Positions 20,938 to 30,816 of a stretch of 64,000 bases of DNA are shown one piece after another. Each line of letters opens with the position of its first letter. Within the stretch, counting starts at the first letter, position 1. Location: assembly GCA_023512255.1 (NCBI GenBank), contig JAILZY010000010.1, positions 2,246 through 66,245 of the forward strand, given 5' to 3'. The position numbers and the translations under genes were made by a program. The notes beneath the pieces are model-generated. The model had not been told where the DNA came from. It did not search any database and saw only the letters and a program-made list of their open reading frames with translations. This DNA is from a bacterium (GTDB taxonomy: Bacteria > SZUA-182 > DTGQ01).

Positions 20938-21021
20938 TCAAGTCTAAGAAATCGCATCTTAAATCGCACCTTCCTGCCGTGTGCTCTTTTTAGCACAATG
21001 ACAGGCAACTACTAGCTTGGC

Positions 21022-24000
21022 TCAATGACGATTTGAACTCAATGATGAATAAAGTGATTTATAGAGCCAGTTTGCCCAAAGGTCGTTTGGAGTCCCTGAT
21101 AATGAGAAATTTGAGAGCCCAGGATAAGAGTTTGACAAGTTGTACAGGCCGCTATTAGCGTCATATAACCAGTTGGATAGCCAGTTTGATAGGTTGCTGT
21201 AAGGAGATAGGGAGCTAGTTGATGACCACAAGAAGCTGTACGATGGCCACGAGCTTAAGCTATACGATGGCCACGAGCTTAAGCTGTACGATGGCCACGA
21301 GCTCAAATCATACGAAGCTGGCCACCAGCTTGAGCTATAGGCTGTTCGCCAGTCTGCATCATACAACGACCACCAGTTTGAGCTATACCAAGGCCAGCTC
21401 AAGGCGGGGTAAATCGGCTGAGTGGTAGGAGTAGTAGGGGTAGAAGGAGTAGACGGAGTGGAAGGAGTAGACGGAGGAGAAGAGGGGCCGGCAGGAGCGG
21501 CCTGAGTTTTGAAAGAGCTGGTTCTAGCCGCACTCAGCCGATTGCCGGAAATATCTGTCGCTCCCTCATCAATCTTGATCTGATAAGTAGTGTTTGGGGC
21601 TAGCTTTGACTTTGGGGCCACAAAGGTAATCGAGGTCAGGTCCGGCGATAGCTTGACTGTGAAGTTTGGATCATCCGGGCTGATGGTAACGTTAGCCAGC
21701 AAAGAGGCCCAATCCATCGGCTCACTGAAGGTAACAGTCAGCTCCTGTGATAAGCTGACCTCGGTGGCATTGGGATTGGGCGTAATATTGACCACGATCG
21801 GAGGCGTAATATCTAACCTGCTGACCCCGCTATCTGTGCCAAACCATAAGTTTCCATAGGCATCCTGCTGAATGCACCTTATCTGATCAGTCTGTGAAGA
21901 GGATGGAGTTGTAAGATTAGGAAAGCTTCTCCAGAAATTCCAATCAGTGGTAGCCAAGACCCCAGCATCAGTAGCAAACCAGTACCGCTCGCCCGGATAG
22001 TTTTGGCCAGCTAGGGAATAGATCTCATTGACCGCGCCGTCCAGCGGGGCAGCTATCTTCGACCATCGGCCATTTTGATATCGATACGCGCCTTCTCCGG
22101 TAGCTACCCAAAGGGTGTTTTCCACCGGGTCAAAGGTGAGCGAGTTAATGGTTAGCCCATAGGCGATAAAGGGGAAGAAAGATCTATCCTGGGTTGAGTT
22201 ATAAATCAGTTTACCGGCTGCATTAAATTTATAGATATCCCCCCAGATGGTAGCCAACCAGATATTGCCTTTATCGTCCGGGGCCGCGGCCTTAACCCAA
22301 TTATCGCTTAGACCTGAATTGATGTCGAACACAACTTGCCACTGCTGATCGTACAGCTTGAGGAGGCCATGATTTTGGGTGGCTACCCACACGCCACCGT
22401 TAGGATCAATCGAAAGATCATGAATCGGATCATCAGGCAGCCCGTTTTCTCCCCTGGGGAAGAACTTGACCACTGCCCCCTTGGCTGGATCAAACTTGAC
22501 CACCCCGCTTCCGCCGCTACTGCTGCCGTCTTGTGGCTGAGTGCAGAGCCACAGATACCCTTGCCGATCCACAGCCAGGCGGGTAATGAAATTACTGGGC
22601 AGGCCGTGTTGTACGGTATATGGGTGGCTCATCCAGTCGGTCCAAAAATCAGGCTCTTGTGAATTACCTTGAGTCTTGGGAGCATAGGTGAATAACCCAG
22701 CTCCCAGGGTGGCTATCCAGAGTCTGCCGCTATTGTCCAAGGCAAGATCAGATACTGGCTTATTGATCTGAAAATGGGTCCAGCCCTGATTACATATCAT
22801 GTAGCCGAAATTAGCCTCCAGGCTGTTTGGGGATGCTGCTTGGTCTTTAGCAGTTATTTTAACGAAAATCCACTGATTGTTTTTAAAGGGAATAGCTGGA
22901 GTGTAGGAGATAGTGTATCCCTGCGCATCGGCAGCAGTAATGATTGCTTTGGCGGTTACATCAACTCCATTCACTATAAGTCGCAAGGAGCTTGGATCTA
23001 CTCCTGTTTCAAAATCGCTGACCGTATAGGTAAAGGTAGCCTTGGCCGGGATACAGGATTGGTTAGGAGGGGTAGAGCTGGCTATGAATGGCTTGCAGGA
23101 GTCCTCAGTATAGAGGAAATAGCTGCGTTCTGTCCTATGGCCAGCCTGATCGCTGACCTCAATCCTGATCGGGATAATGGTCGAGCACTCAAAAGGCGTC
23201 TTAGGTTGGTAGCTTAGGGTAAGCCCCTGGGGAGTGTCAGAAATGGTAGCTGCCTCGGTAACGTTTTGCCCATCGACGAAAAACTGGATAGAGGACCTGT
23301 CAAGTTCAGCGAAAAGAGCCTTGATATTCAAAGTAATTTTTGGGCTAGTCGGCACATTCACAGAATTAGGTGCTGGATTTATGGCCTCGATGATAATGGG
23401 CTTGAGAGCCTGGCTGTCTCCTCCAGCAGGTAAGGCTTCACCATTGGCCGCACTACTGCCACCACCAGGGGGGGGGAGGACATTGCTGCCGCCGCTAGCC
23501 GAGCTATCGGATGAGGCGGGAGCACCACCACTAGCGCCACTTCCGCCAGCCGGAAGATCACCGGCTGGTGCGCCGCCGCCAGATCCTGGGCTGCCGCTAT
23601 CAGAGCCTGTTATATTCATCTGGTAGACCTTGGGGATAAATTGGGCAGCCTGATTAAAAGAGATAGCCATTCCATTGCTCAGGGCATCTTTAGTATTATA
23701 GGAATACTGTCTGGCTATCTGATCGTGATACTTTAGGCCGACTGTGGCCCAAGCCCCACGGCTTGAGCGCGTGCTCCCCGTATCCACATCTTTATACTGG
23801 AAGACAATCTCGCCGCTTTCCTCATACAGGATGGCCTCGAAGGTAACGGTATCTGAGCTAATTTCGCCGCTGTAGTGGCGCATGGGAATCTCACGCCACT
23901 CGACAATCAGCCGGGCTGGTTTATTGGCCCTATCGACGAGGTAGCAGATGGTACCTGCGGCCGAGGGGTCAAGATCGGTCCACAGGGGAGCAATAATATC

Positions 24001-24381
24001 ACTGGGATTTCCGGCACGGGCCTTGTTAGGATCGAGCAAATCAGCCAGCGGTTCATTTCCCCACTTGGTAGCATCGTTATTGCCGAAGGTGATATAACCG
24101 TTCGAGGAGATGGTAATTCGAGTCAGCGGCTCCCCGAAGAAATAAAATCGAAATCCAAGGTTTTCAAGATCAATTGATTGACAATCATCATCTCCTAAGG
24201 GCAGAATAACTTTTGCTGGCTGTGACCATACCTCTATCCATTCATATGGATATGGGTTGCTGCCTGCCACTGCTGCCGCCGCAGACTGCACTCCGATTGA
24301 GGAACATCCTAGGGGCAAGCTCCAAAAGAATAGAGTTAAGAGTATGAAACAACAGATATTTTTTAATAATCTAACCTTCAT
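21022..24381 (-). CDS. Large secreted protein: signal peptide, Gly/Ser/Pro linker, Ig-like domains, two-component-regulator-type beta-propeller repeats, PT-rich linker, and a Trp/Tyr/Ser-rich low-complexity C-terminal tail
   Basis: N-terminus MKVRLLKNICCFILLTLFFWSLPLGCSS. Propeller blades LWIATLGAGLFTY, GYLWLCTQ, GGVWVATQNHGLLKL, GNIWLATIWGDIYKF, LWVATGEGAYRY, YWFATDAGVLAT, NLWFGTDSGVSRL. Linker PSTPSTPSTPSTPTTPTT. Tail ...SSWPSYSLSSWPSYSLSSWPSYS... Confidence 0.7.
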   Translation of the reverse strand: MKVRLLKNICCFILLTLFFWSLPLGCSSIGVQSAAAAVAGSNPYPYEWIEVWSQPAKVILPLGDDDCQSIDLENLGFRFYFFGEPLTRITISSNGYITFGNNDATKWGNEPLADLLDPNKARAGNPSDIIAPLWTDLDPSAAGTICYLVDRANKPARLIVEWREIPMRHYSGEISSDTVTFEAILYEESGEIVFQYKDVDTGSTRSSRGAWATVGLKYHDQIARQYSYNTKDALSNGMAISFNQAAQFIPKVYQMNITGSDSGSPGSGGGAPAGDLPAGGSGASGGAPASSDSSASGGSNVLPPPGGGSSAANGEALPAGGDSQALKPIIIEAINPAPNSVNVPTSPKITLNIKALFAELDRSSIQFFVDGQNVTEAATISDTPQGLTLSYQPKTPFECSTIIPIRIEVSDQAGHRTERSYFLYTEDSCKPFIASSTPPNQSCIPAKATFTYTVSDFETGVDPSSLRLIVNGVDVTAKAIITAADAQGYTISYTPAIPFKNNQWIFVKITAKDQAASPNSLEANFGYMICNQGWTHFQINKPVSDLALDNSGRLWIATLGAGLFTYAPKTQGNSQEPDFWTDWMSHPYTVQHGLPSNFITRLAVDRQGYLWLCTQPQDGSSSGGSGVVKFDPAKGAVVKFFPRGENGLPDDPIHDLSIDPNGGVWVATQNHGLLKLYDQQWQVVFDINSGLSDNWVKAAAPDDKGNIWLATIWGDIYKFNAAGKLIYNSTQDRSFFPFIAYGLTINSLTFDPVENTLWVATGEGAYRYQNGRWSKIAAPLDGAVNEIYSLAGQNYPGERYWFATDAGVLATTDWNFWRSFPNLTTPSSSQTDQIRCIQQDAYGNLWFGTDSGVSRLDITPPIVVNITPNPNATEVSLSQELTVTFSEPMDWASLLANVTISPDDPNFTVKLSPDLTSITFVAPKSKLAPNTTYQIKIDEGATDISGNRLSAARTSSFKTQAAPAGPSSPPSTPSTPSTPSTPTTPTTQPIYPALSWPWYSSNWWSLYDADWRTAYSSSWWPASYDLSSWPSYSLSSWPSYSLSSWPSYSFLWSSTSSLSPYSNLSNWLSNWLYDANSGLYNLSNSYPGLSNFSLSGTPNDLWANWLYKSLYSSLSSNRH
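21221..21340. repeat. 24-bp tandem repeat inside the CDS (gatggccacgagcttaagctatac x3 plus degenerate copies), encoding SWPSYSLS units
   Basis: Units at 21242-21265, 21266-21289 and 21290-21313, with degenerate flanks. Confidence 0.8.
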
Positions 24382-24694
24382 AGCGCTTCCTCCCGTTTAC
24401 CTTTGTTTTATTAACTGTTCATTATTTTATTCTTTGTCTATCTAAATTTTTTCTAATATAAATTTTAATCATATTTTTGAGTTTAATCGTATTCAAGTTA
24501 TTTGTACTGAGAGAAATTTCTATCTGGAGTGTTACCAAGGTCTGCGTTAGTGCAAGAGAGGAGTGGTCGGAAAACACCCTGGGGCTTCTGTCCGTCAGAA
24601 ACCCCAGGGTATGCTTGGCAGAATCAGGCCCTTTTAGAGAATGGGTGCCCGCAACTACGACTCAAAAATCGAAAATCAACATCAAGCTCAGTCA

Positions 24695-26965
24695 TTAGAA
24701 TTGATCATGACAAGCCCGGCACATGTTACTGCCCGGTGCTTCCGAATAATTATCCTGAACGAGCAATTGGCCATGTTTGCCTTTCTGTCCTGGAGCGGGA
24801 CGTGGCTCTCCGGTAATGGTTCCATCCCAGGCGGTTGCGGCTGCATGGACATTATGGCAGGTCAGACACAGCACACCATCTGTAGCTGTATTGTTTCCAG
24901 CAGTAATCCCCAGCGGGGAGCCGCTCTTTCCGCCATAAAATTGTTTTGGAAATGCCGTGCAGGTATTGCGTCCATTGGGAACCTTATCAGCTCCAACCGG
25001 ATGAGTCGTCCCCTGAGCCATTGGGTCAGGATTAGTTGCCGTGCAGTGGCATTGCTCGCAGTAGCCATTAGCCTCGTACGGGGAGGCCTTGTCATTTTCG
25101 CTCAACCGATACAAGTAAGGCGGTTTGGTATTGATATGGACATCATGGCAGGTGCCGCAGAAGATCTGTCCATCGACTGTGCCGTAATCATCCATGACTC
25201 CGCCTGCTGAACCAGGCTTGCCATCGGCTTTTAGGAATTTTGGAACACCAACACCTCCGGCGGAAATTATATTCTCGCGGGTATTGAAGCTGACCGGTTT
25301 GCAGGCAAAACGGTGACTTTGCCGACCGGTTGTATTCAGGAGAGAGCCGTTTTTCTCATAACTGCCGACAATATTAGAATTACCATGACAGCCGTAGCAC
25401 ATGGCTTCATAGCGGTCAAGAGGATCGGGTCTTAAGGCAATGTCTCCCTGGCTTCCCCAATTCAGTTCTTTGGCTGGAACCCTCATCAGGGCGTCAATAT
25501 CAGCGCGCAGAGGAGACACAACCTTCATGTCTCTTGGATCATCCTTGTCATTGGAATGGATAAAATGGCAGAACATACAGCCGCCGCATTTAACCACCTT
25601 TTCTCCTCTAGCAGATGTGGCCTTGAAGGTTCTGGTAACCCGGTTCTTCGGATCGGTTCTGGTTTTAAAATGCAGCCCGCCATTGGCTTCAAGCATTGCC
25701 CGGCTTTTCGGATGCTTAGGATCGTTATGGCAATATTCGCACAGGGCAGTATCATCATCTTTAAAAGATGCGTAACGCAGGAAGCTCGGATTGCCCTCTA
25801 TCTCAGAGGTATGGGCTCCGTGGCAAGAGGTGCAGCCGAAGATCTGCTGATCGAAAGAAGCAGAGGAACCATCTGCGTAGGAGCCGTCTAGTTTAAAAAT
25901 AAGACCATTCCCCGGTAGTTTTCCTTCATGGCATCCAGAGACTCCGCAGGAGGTCTTAGCCCACCGCTGGCCCAGTGGGTGGTGAGCACGGTTTGCTTGC
26001 AATTTTGGAGCATTTGGCCAAGTAGTAGTTGACAGGTGGCAGGAGGTACACTTTTGTGATTCATAGATCACACTTGAAGCCCCGGCATTCCTTAATACTG
26101 TCTTGAATCCTGGGTCGGCTGTTCCAAAGGTGAAGACTCCCAGCGGTTCCAGCCTATCGATGAATATCAAAGCATCATTTTCAGGATTTTGAGTATCATG
26201 ATATCCATCATGGGGACGGTGGCAGGCTTCACACTGAGGATCGGTCGCTTCACCAGAGTGGATATGGACGAGGGGCCTACCATTAATGTCTTTGGCCTTG
26301 CTAGCTTTTGGGTGGCATTGGCGGCAGAATTGCCTTCGGTCATGAGTTTCTCCCGCACTGGCAGTTGTTGAATTCAGCCGCAGATAATCACCATGCCCTG
26401 ATTCATCCTTGTTTGGCTGCTTGTGGGGATTGTGGCAGGAGCCGCAATAGAAACCCTCGGTTTTTGAGAAGGGAAAGCCGATAACCTCAGCCTCTCTGCT
26501 TCCATCTCCTTCGGTGGTGCTGATATAGCTGGTTCCTCCATCTGCATTGGGTTGAAATCTGGCCCCCATGACATGGTTGGCACTGCCTCCCAAGAAAACA
26601 TTACCATTGGCATTATTCAGATCACTGAATCTGCCTCCATATTGGCCGGTTCCCTTCATCCGCAACCCAGATTCAATCTGGGGAAAATCTTTATTACCCT
26701 GATAGTGGCAGCTGGCACACAGGTCTTTGACCGTTGTCTGCTTCCCCTGGACTTCTCCTCGTGCCCAGATTCTGGCCCCTTTTCCAGCGTGAGGGATGTG
26801 GCAGTTGGCGCAAACCTGCTTGGTTGATCCTGAGACCTCACACAGGTGCCCGTTGTAGGGTGTTTGCTTTGATCCATCGACTGCGTAAGCTGTGGGGGAA
26901 CAGCAGAACAAGATAAATAGACAAATTCCGAAAAAAGATAGTCTCGCTTTTAGTCTTTTATTCAT
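24695..26965 (-). CDS. Multiheme c-type cytochrome (about 14 CxxCH plus one possible CX4CH), secreted
   Basis: Start chosen at MNKRLKARLSFFGICLFILFCCSPTAYA (signal peptide, GAGAGGGG RBS). The track ORF extends 27 codons further upstream. Heme motifs CANCH, CASCH, CGSCH, CRQCH, CEACH, CTSCH, (CGVSGCH), CTSCH, CEYCH, CMFCH, CYGCH, CGTCH, CEQCH, CLTCH, CRACH. Confidence 0.85.
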   Translation of the reverse strand: MNKRLKARLSFFGICLFILFCCSPTAYAVDGSKQTPYNGHLCEVSGSTKQVCANCHIPHAGKGARIWARGEVQGKQTTVKDLCASCHYQGNKDFPQIESGLRMKGTGQYGGRFSDLNNANGNVFLGGSANHVMGARFQPNADGGTSYISTTEGDGSREAEVIGFPFSKTEGFYCGSCHNPHKQPNKDESGHGDYLRLNSTTASAGETHDRRQFCRQCHPKASKAKDINGRPLVHIHSGEATDPQCEACHRPHDGYHDTQNPENDALIFIDRLEPLGVFTFGTADPGFKTVLRNAGASSVIYESQKCTSCHLSTTTWPNAPKLQANRAHHPLGQRWAKTSCGVSGCHEGKLPGNGLIFKLDGSYADGSSASFDQQIFGCTSCHGAHTSEIEGNPSFLRYASFKDDDTALCEYCHNDPKHPKSRAMLEANGGLHFKTRTDPKNRVTRTFKATSARGEKVVKCGGCMFCHFIHSNDKDDPRDMKVVSPLRADIDALMRVPAKELNWGSQGDIALRPDPLDRYEAMCYGCHGNSNIVGSYEKNGSLLNTTGRQSHRFACKPVSFNTRENIISAGGVGVPKFLKADGKPGSAGGVMDDYGTVDGQIFCGTCHDVHINTKPPYLYRLSENDKASPYEANGYCEQCHCTATNPDPMAQGTTHPVGADKVPNGRNTCTAFPKQFYGGKSGSPLGITAGNNTATDGVLCLTCHNVHAAATAWDGTITGEPRPAPGQKGKHGQLLVQDNYSEAPGSNMCRACHDQF

Positions 26966-27208
26966 CTTTCGATCCCCTCTCTTCCATAAGCACTCTCTCC
27001 CAACCAAGGTTAAATATTGTTTATCACTCGAACCTAACATTAACAAACCACTTTATCACTTTTAAAATCACTTTTAAAATTCTAAAAATTGATCGCTGGT
27101 TAAGTTATCATTATCCCACTCCTTCCCTTAATCCTTATAGAATTATATAGCCGTTTAATATAGCCGTTTATCAATCGCTACCTAAGCTAACGCTTATTTA
27201 AGGCTTAC

Positions 27209-28291
27209 TTATTTAAGATTTGTATCCTTAATGATATAAATCTGATTGACTTCCTGATCAGTCAGGTAAATGGTGTCATCACGGCCAATGAATATTCCAG
27301 TTGGCATCTTGAAATATATTTTGCCCTCTTTTCCATCCAGCCATTTGATTGCACCAATAAATTTTCCATCCGGCCCAAATACCTGGATACACTTCAGTAG
27401 AAGATCGGTTACATAAGCCCGGCCTCGACGGTCGACACCGACTCCTGTCAGCCGAGAGAACTGACCAGCTCTTTCCCCGCTTTCACCTCCAATCTGAAAA
27501 AGCTCAGCTCCATCCGGCTGAAAAACCCGAACCCGGGCGCACATACCTTCAGGAACGAAGATCCGATTCTGATCATCAAAACAGACTATCCCAGGCGTAC
27601 AAAACATACCCTGTTCCTTGCCTTTAAAATAGCGTAAAAATTTGCCATGCAAGTCATAAATCCAGATATGGCCGTTTGAGGCATCACTGACATAAAGCTG
27701 ATTACTCTTTTTATCAATGGCAATACAGCCGGGCGAGGCGTTTTGATATTTGTCATCTGGGGATAGAGCTGATTTAGAGGAAAATTCTTCTACAAACTCA
27801 CCTCGAGGGGTAAAAACCAGGATTTTTTCCCGCTTGACATCACAGATGTATACTTTGTCTTGGCTGTCTATGGCAATGCTGAACGGCTGGAGAAACTGCC
27901 CTGGCCCTTTTCCTTCCTTGCCGAATTTGGATAAGAATTTACCATCACGGCTATAAATCAATACCTCGGAGGGGATATTTTTTAGGACATAGAGATCTCC
28001 TTGGGAATTCTGGACCATATGAATTATAATGCCGCTGCTTTTGCCGCCCACCGCGGCAGATGGTCCGGAATCGCCCATGGTCCCGATCAGCTTAACCGTC
28101 CTGTTTTCAACCTCCTGCTCCACGGTCTGCTCATCGGTGCGGTCGCTTGCTTTTTGTTTAGTCGCTTGCTCGCCGGCTACAGCCTGCTCTTTGGCTTCAG
28201 CCTTGGCCAGCGTAGGCCGTGGAGCAAGCAAAAAGTGGAGCAGCAGACCACTCAGCAGGAAAATCCATAACATGGATGAAGATTTTTTCAT
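27209..28291 (-). CDS. NHL-repeat beta-propeller protein, secreted
   Basis: Signal peptide MKKSSSMLWIFLLSGLLLHFLLAPRPTLA. NHL blades LTGVGVDRRGRAYVTDLLLKCIQVFGPDGKF, GIFIGRDDTIYLTDQEVNQIYII and others. Confidence 0.75.
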   Translation of the reverse strand: MKKSSSMLWIFLLSGLLLHFLLAPRPTLAKAEAKEQAVAGEQATKQKASDRTDEQTVEQEVENRTVKLIGTMGDSGPSAAVGGKSSGIIIHMVQNSQGDLYVLKNIPSEVLIYSRDGKFLSKFGKEGKGPGQFLQPFSIAIDSQDKVYICDVKREKILVFTPRGEFVEEFSSKSALSPDDKYQNASPGCIAIDKKSNQLYVSDASNGHIWIYDLHGKFLRYFKGKEQGMFCTPGIVCFDDQNRIFVPEGMCARVRVFQPDGAELFQIGGESGERAGQFSRLTGVGVDRRGRAYVTDLLLKCIQVFGPDGKFIGAIKWLDGKEGKIYFKMPTGIFIGRDDTIYLTDQEVNQIYIIKDTNLK

Positions 28292-28481
28292 AATTTTTAT
28301 CCCCCTCGAGGTTTTTCCTTTAATCGTAAATCATAAATCATAAATTTCCATTAATCGTAAAGATGGTTTAAGCCGATTTTTAGATTAGAAGCAGAGCGCC
28401 TTTTTGCCCTTGCTGTTTAACCATCACTATTTTTTTACACGTTTCTTTTTACACGAGCTTACACAGCATAACCTACAAAAA

Positions 28482-28497
28482 TGCAAAAGAAGTACCA
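28482..28497 (-). promoter_or_regulatory. Candidate sigma-54 (-24/-12) promoter for the NHL-1/cytochrome-1 module: TGGTAC-ttctt-TTGCa
   Basis: Reverse complement of 28483-28497 gives GG-N10-GC with a TTGCA -12 box, about 190 nt upstream of the NHL-1 start. One deviation from the TGGCAC consensus. Confidence 0.45.
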
Positions 28498-28755
28498 TCC
28501 ATATTTTTAAAGAAGTACCATACATCTTTTTATAGTGTTAAGGCAGATGTCATGTTAAGCCCTAGGAAGCCAATGATCATTTATTTACAAATGATATACT
28601 GTTACATTATAATACGAAAGAAAACCCAATATCAACATCCAGGTTGCGAGGTTGCCGACAAAAAGAAAAGAAAGGGGTTTGTGGCTATTAGACATATATC
28701 GGTCATTTCAACAATAGAATATTACCTGAAAATAGAAATTACCTGGCTGGGACTC

Positions 28756-30816
28756 CTAAAGCATCCCATAATGGCAATTAAAACATAATCCGCTGCCATG
28801 CTCATACACTTGGCCTTGAAAGCTTCCACCAATGGCATTATCAATAATTAAAAGTTTTCCGGCATTTAATCTTCCGCTTTGACTGATACCATCATGCCTA
28901 GTTACGGCTGAATGAACGCTGTGGCAGGACTGACAGGTGATATCTCCCTCCAGGGTATCATTTGATGTTTGCCCGCCAAACCCACCACTGAAGCCTGAGA
29001 TAACATAGCCTTGAAAATTATCGCCAAATTGAACCGATTTTTGCTTCAGAGGCCTGTTGACCGGATGGGAGGATTCGCACTCGGCAGATGCGGGTTTGCT
29101 GGTATGGCAGGCGATGCACAGGGCAGAGCCAGAATAGTCCCGGGTTGCGTTCGGCTCTCGAAGGTAAGCTGTGCGCCGATCAATAAATTTCTCGGAGGAG
29201 CGGATAGGGGGCGAGTCCTGCCGGTGGACATTGTGGCAGCTTCCGCACCAGATTCTCCCTTTCTCGACTCCGTAATCATTCTGACACTTTTTTTCCCAAC
29301 CATCGGAAACAACCTGTTTCCCATCCCCAAAAGGATTAATAATATTGATATTTTTGGAAGGCACTACATTAAACCGATGAGAGAAGTAATGGTCCTCTAC
29401 ATTATCGAGCAGCAGAGCATTTTTTTCATTGTCCGTATCTTTTGCTCCTACGATTTCGGCTCGTGAGTGGCAGCCGTAGCAGGCATCCTCGTAATCACGA
29501 CTATCCTGATCCTGCAATTTGTCAGCCCACTGAAGATTTACTGGTGCAATCCGCATGATCACATCCACCGAAGCAGAGGAATTTTCTTGGTTAGCTCGCT
29601 CATCATCTGTCTGATATAGAGCCGCAGGATCATTCGGTGATTTATGGATAGAGTGGCAGAATAGGCACTCATTTTCATTCTGGGGCGGCCCGATCGTGCG
29701 CCCGACCTGATAATGTCCGCGGCCTGGAGTGGATTCAAGATCACCGACCGCTTTATCAGAATGGCAGGCAGCACAAAAGGCCCCGGGATGAGCCGGATCG
29801 TAGTTGCTGATAATTTGCGGGTTGAGATACTTATCATTAGTGCCCTGATGAGGATCATGGCAGGATTTGCAATACAGCTCTCCCTGAGGGGAGAGTGGGC
29901 CAGATGCGGTCTTCTGATGTCCTTCGACTGTAGCCTCAGCTCCTTTCCCCATCGGGTGGTGCTCATACCGGACCAGGCAATCATCGCCATTCAGCGGAGC
30001 GTTTAGCGCCCCCTCACCCCCCCCTTGAGCTCGATGGCAGCCGTAGCAGCTAGCTGCATAAGAGTCAGCCACAGGATCGGAAAATTCGCTAACATTAGGG
30101 ACTGCTCTGAAGGGGATGCTGCTTTCAGTCTTAATGATCTTTTTCCCTCGATTGGGGGAATAATGCGGAGTATGACAGTCAAAGCAGCCATCTTTGGTTC
30201 CATGCCCCTTGGCCTTACCCTGAACCAGGGGAGCGTGGCATTGGATACAAAATTCATAATGCTTTTGTGAGGTAGTTTTGATTAAACCAGGCACTGACTC
30301 CCGCAGGTAATCGCCCCCCTCAAAGGGATCGGTATGAGGATTATGACAGCTTCCACAATAAAATCCATCTCCTCCCTCCTTAGGCCGCAGGGGAAAGGTT
30401 TCACCCCACTCTTTGCGGGTTACCGCCGGACCATTAATTAGAGCATTGGCTCCCATGGGATGATCATTACCTTCCTCAATGAATATATAATCCCTAGCTC
30501 CGAAAAGATGAGTACCATGACAGGTGCTGCACAGTCTTTTTGTTCCGGTAAACTCACCACTTGCCGCCCTAGCCCACAGAAGGTCATCAGCGGCATGGTG
30601 AGGCAGATGACAGGCTCCGCACGGATCTTCCGGTACACACCAGGCATGAGGCCCATTCAGCGCCCAGGCGAACTGAAAGCCGAAGACGACCAGCAGGAGG
30701 GAAATAATAAGGCCTATTATCCCTTTCGAAATACCTATACCGATTATCCACCGGAGAGCGATTCTCAGAAAACTACTTCGATACATCGAATACTGAAACA
30801 ACTTTTGTCTCCGCAT
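28756..30816 (-). CDS. Multiheme c-type cytochrome (14 CxxCH) with an N-terminal membrane anchor or signal
   Basis: CGACH, CSTCH, CGSCH, CIQCH, CFDCH, CYGCH, CKSCH, CAACH, CLFCH, CYGCH, CGSCH, CIACH, CQSCH, CFNCH. Hydrophobic N-terminus IIGLIISLLLVVFGFQFAWA. Alternative start MYRSS at 30786. The 5' end overlaps the 3' end of NHL-2 by 14-44 nt. Confidence 0.85.
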   Translation of the reverse strand: MRRQKLFQYSMYRSSFLRIALRWIIGIGISKGIIGLIISLLLVVFGFQFAWALNGPHAWCVPEDPCGACHLPHHAADDLLWARAASGEFTGTKRLCSTCHGTHLFGARDYIFIEEGNDHPMGANALINGPAVTRKEWGETFPLRPKEGGDGFYCGSCHNPHTDPFEGGDYLRESVPGLIKTTSQKHYEFCIQCHAPLVQGKAKGHGTKDGCFDCHTPHYSPNRGKKIIKTESSIPFRAVPNVSEFSDPVADSYAASCYGCHRAQGGGEGALNAPLNGDDCLVRYEHHPMGKGAEATVEGHQKTASGPLSPQGELYCKSCHDPHQGTNDKYLNPQIISNYDPAHPGAFCAACHSDKAVGDLESTPGRGHYQVGRTIGPPQNENECLFCHSIHKSPNDPAALYQTDDERANQENSSASVDVIMRIAPVNLQWADKLQDQDSRDYEDACYGCHSRAEIVGAKDTDNEKNALLLDNVEDHYFSHRFNVVPSKNINIINPFGDGKQVVSDGWEKKCQNDYGVEKGRIWCGSCHNVHRQDSPPIRSSEKFIDRRTAYLREPNATRDYSGSALCIACHTSKPASAECESSHPVNRPLKQKSVQFGDNFQGYVISGFSGGFGGQTSNDTLEGDITCQSCHSVHSAVTRHDGISQSGRLNAGKLLIIDNAIGGSFQGQVYEHGSGLCFNCHYGML

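Noticed and set aside
26966-27046. 27-codon upstream extension of cytochrome-1 ORF
   Set aside because: The internal Met has a strong RBS and a canonical signal peptide. The extension has neither.
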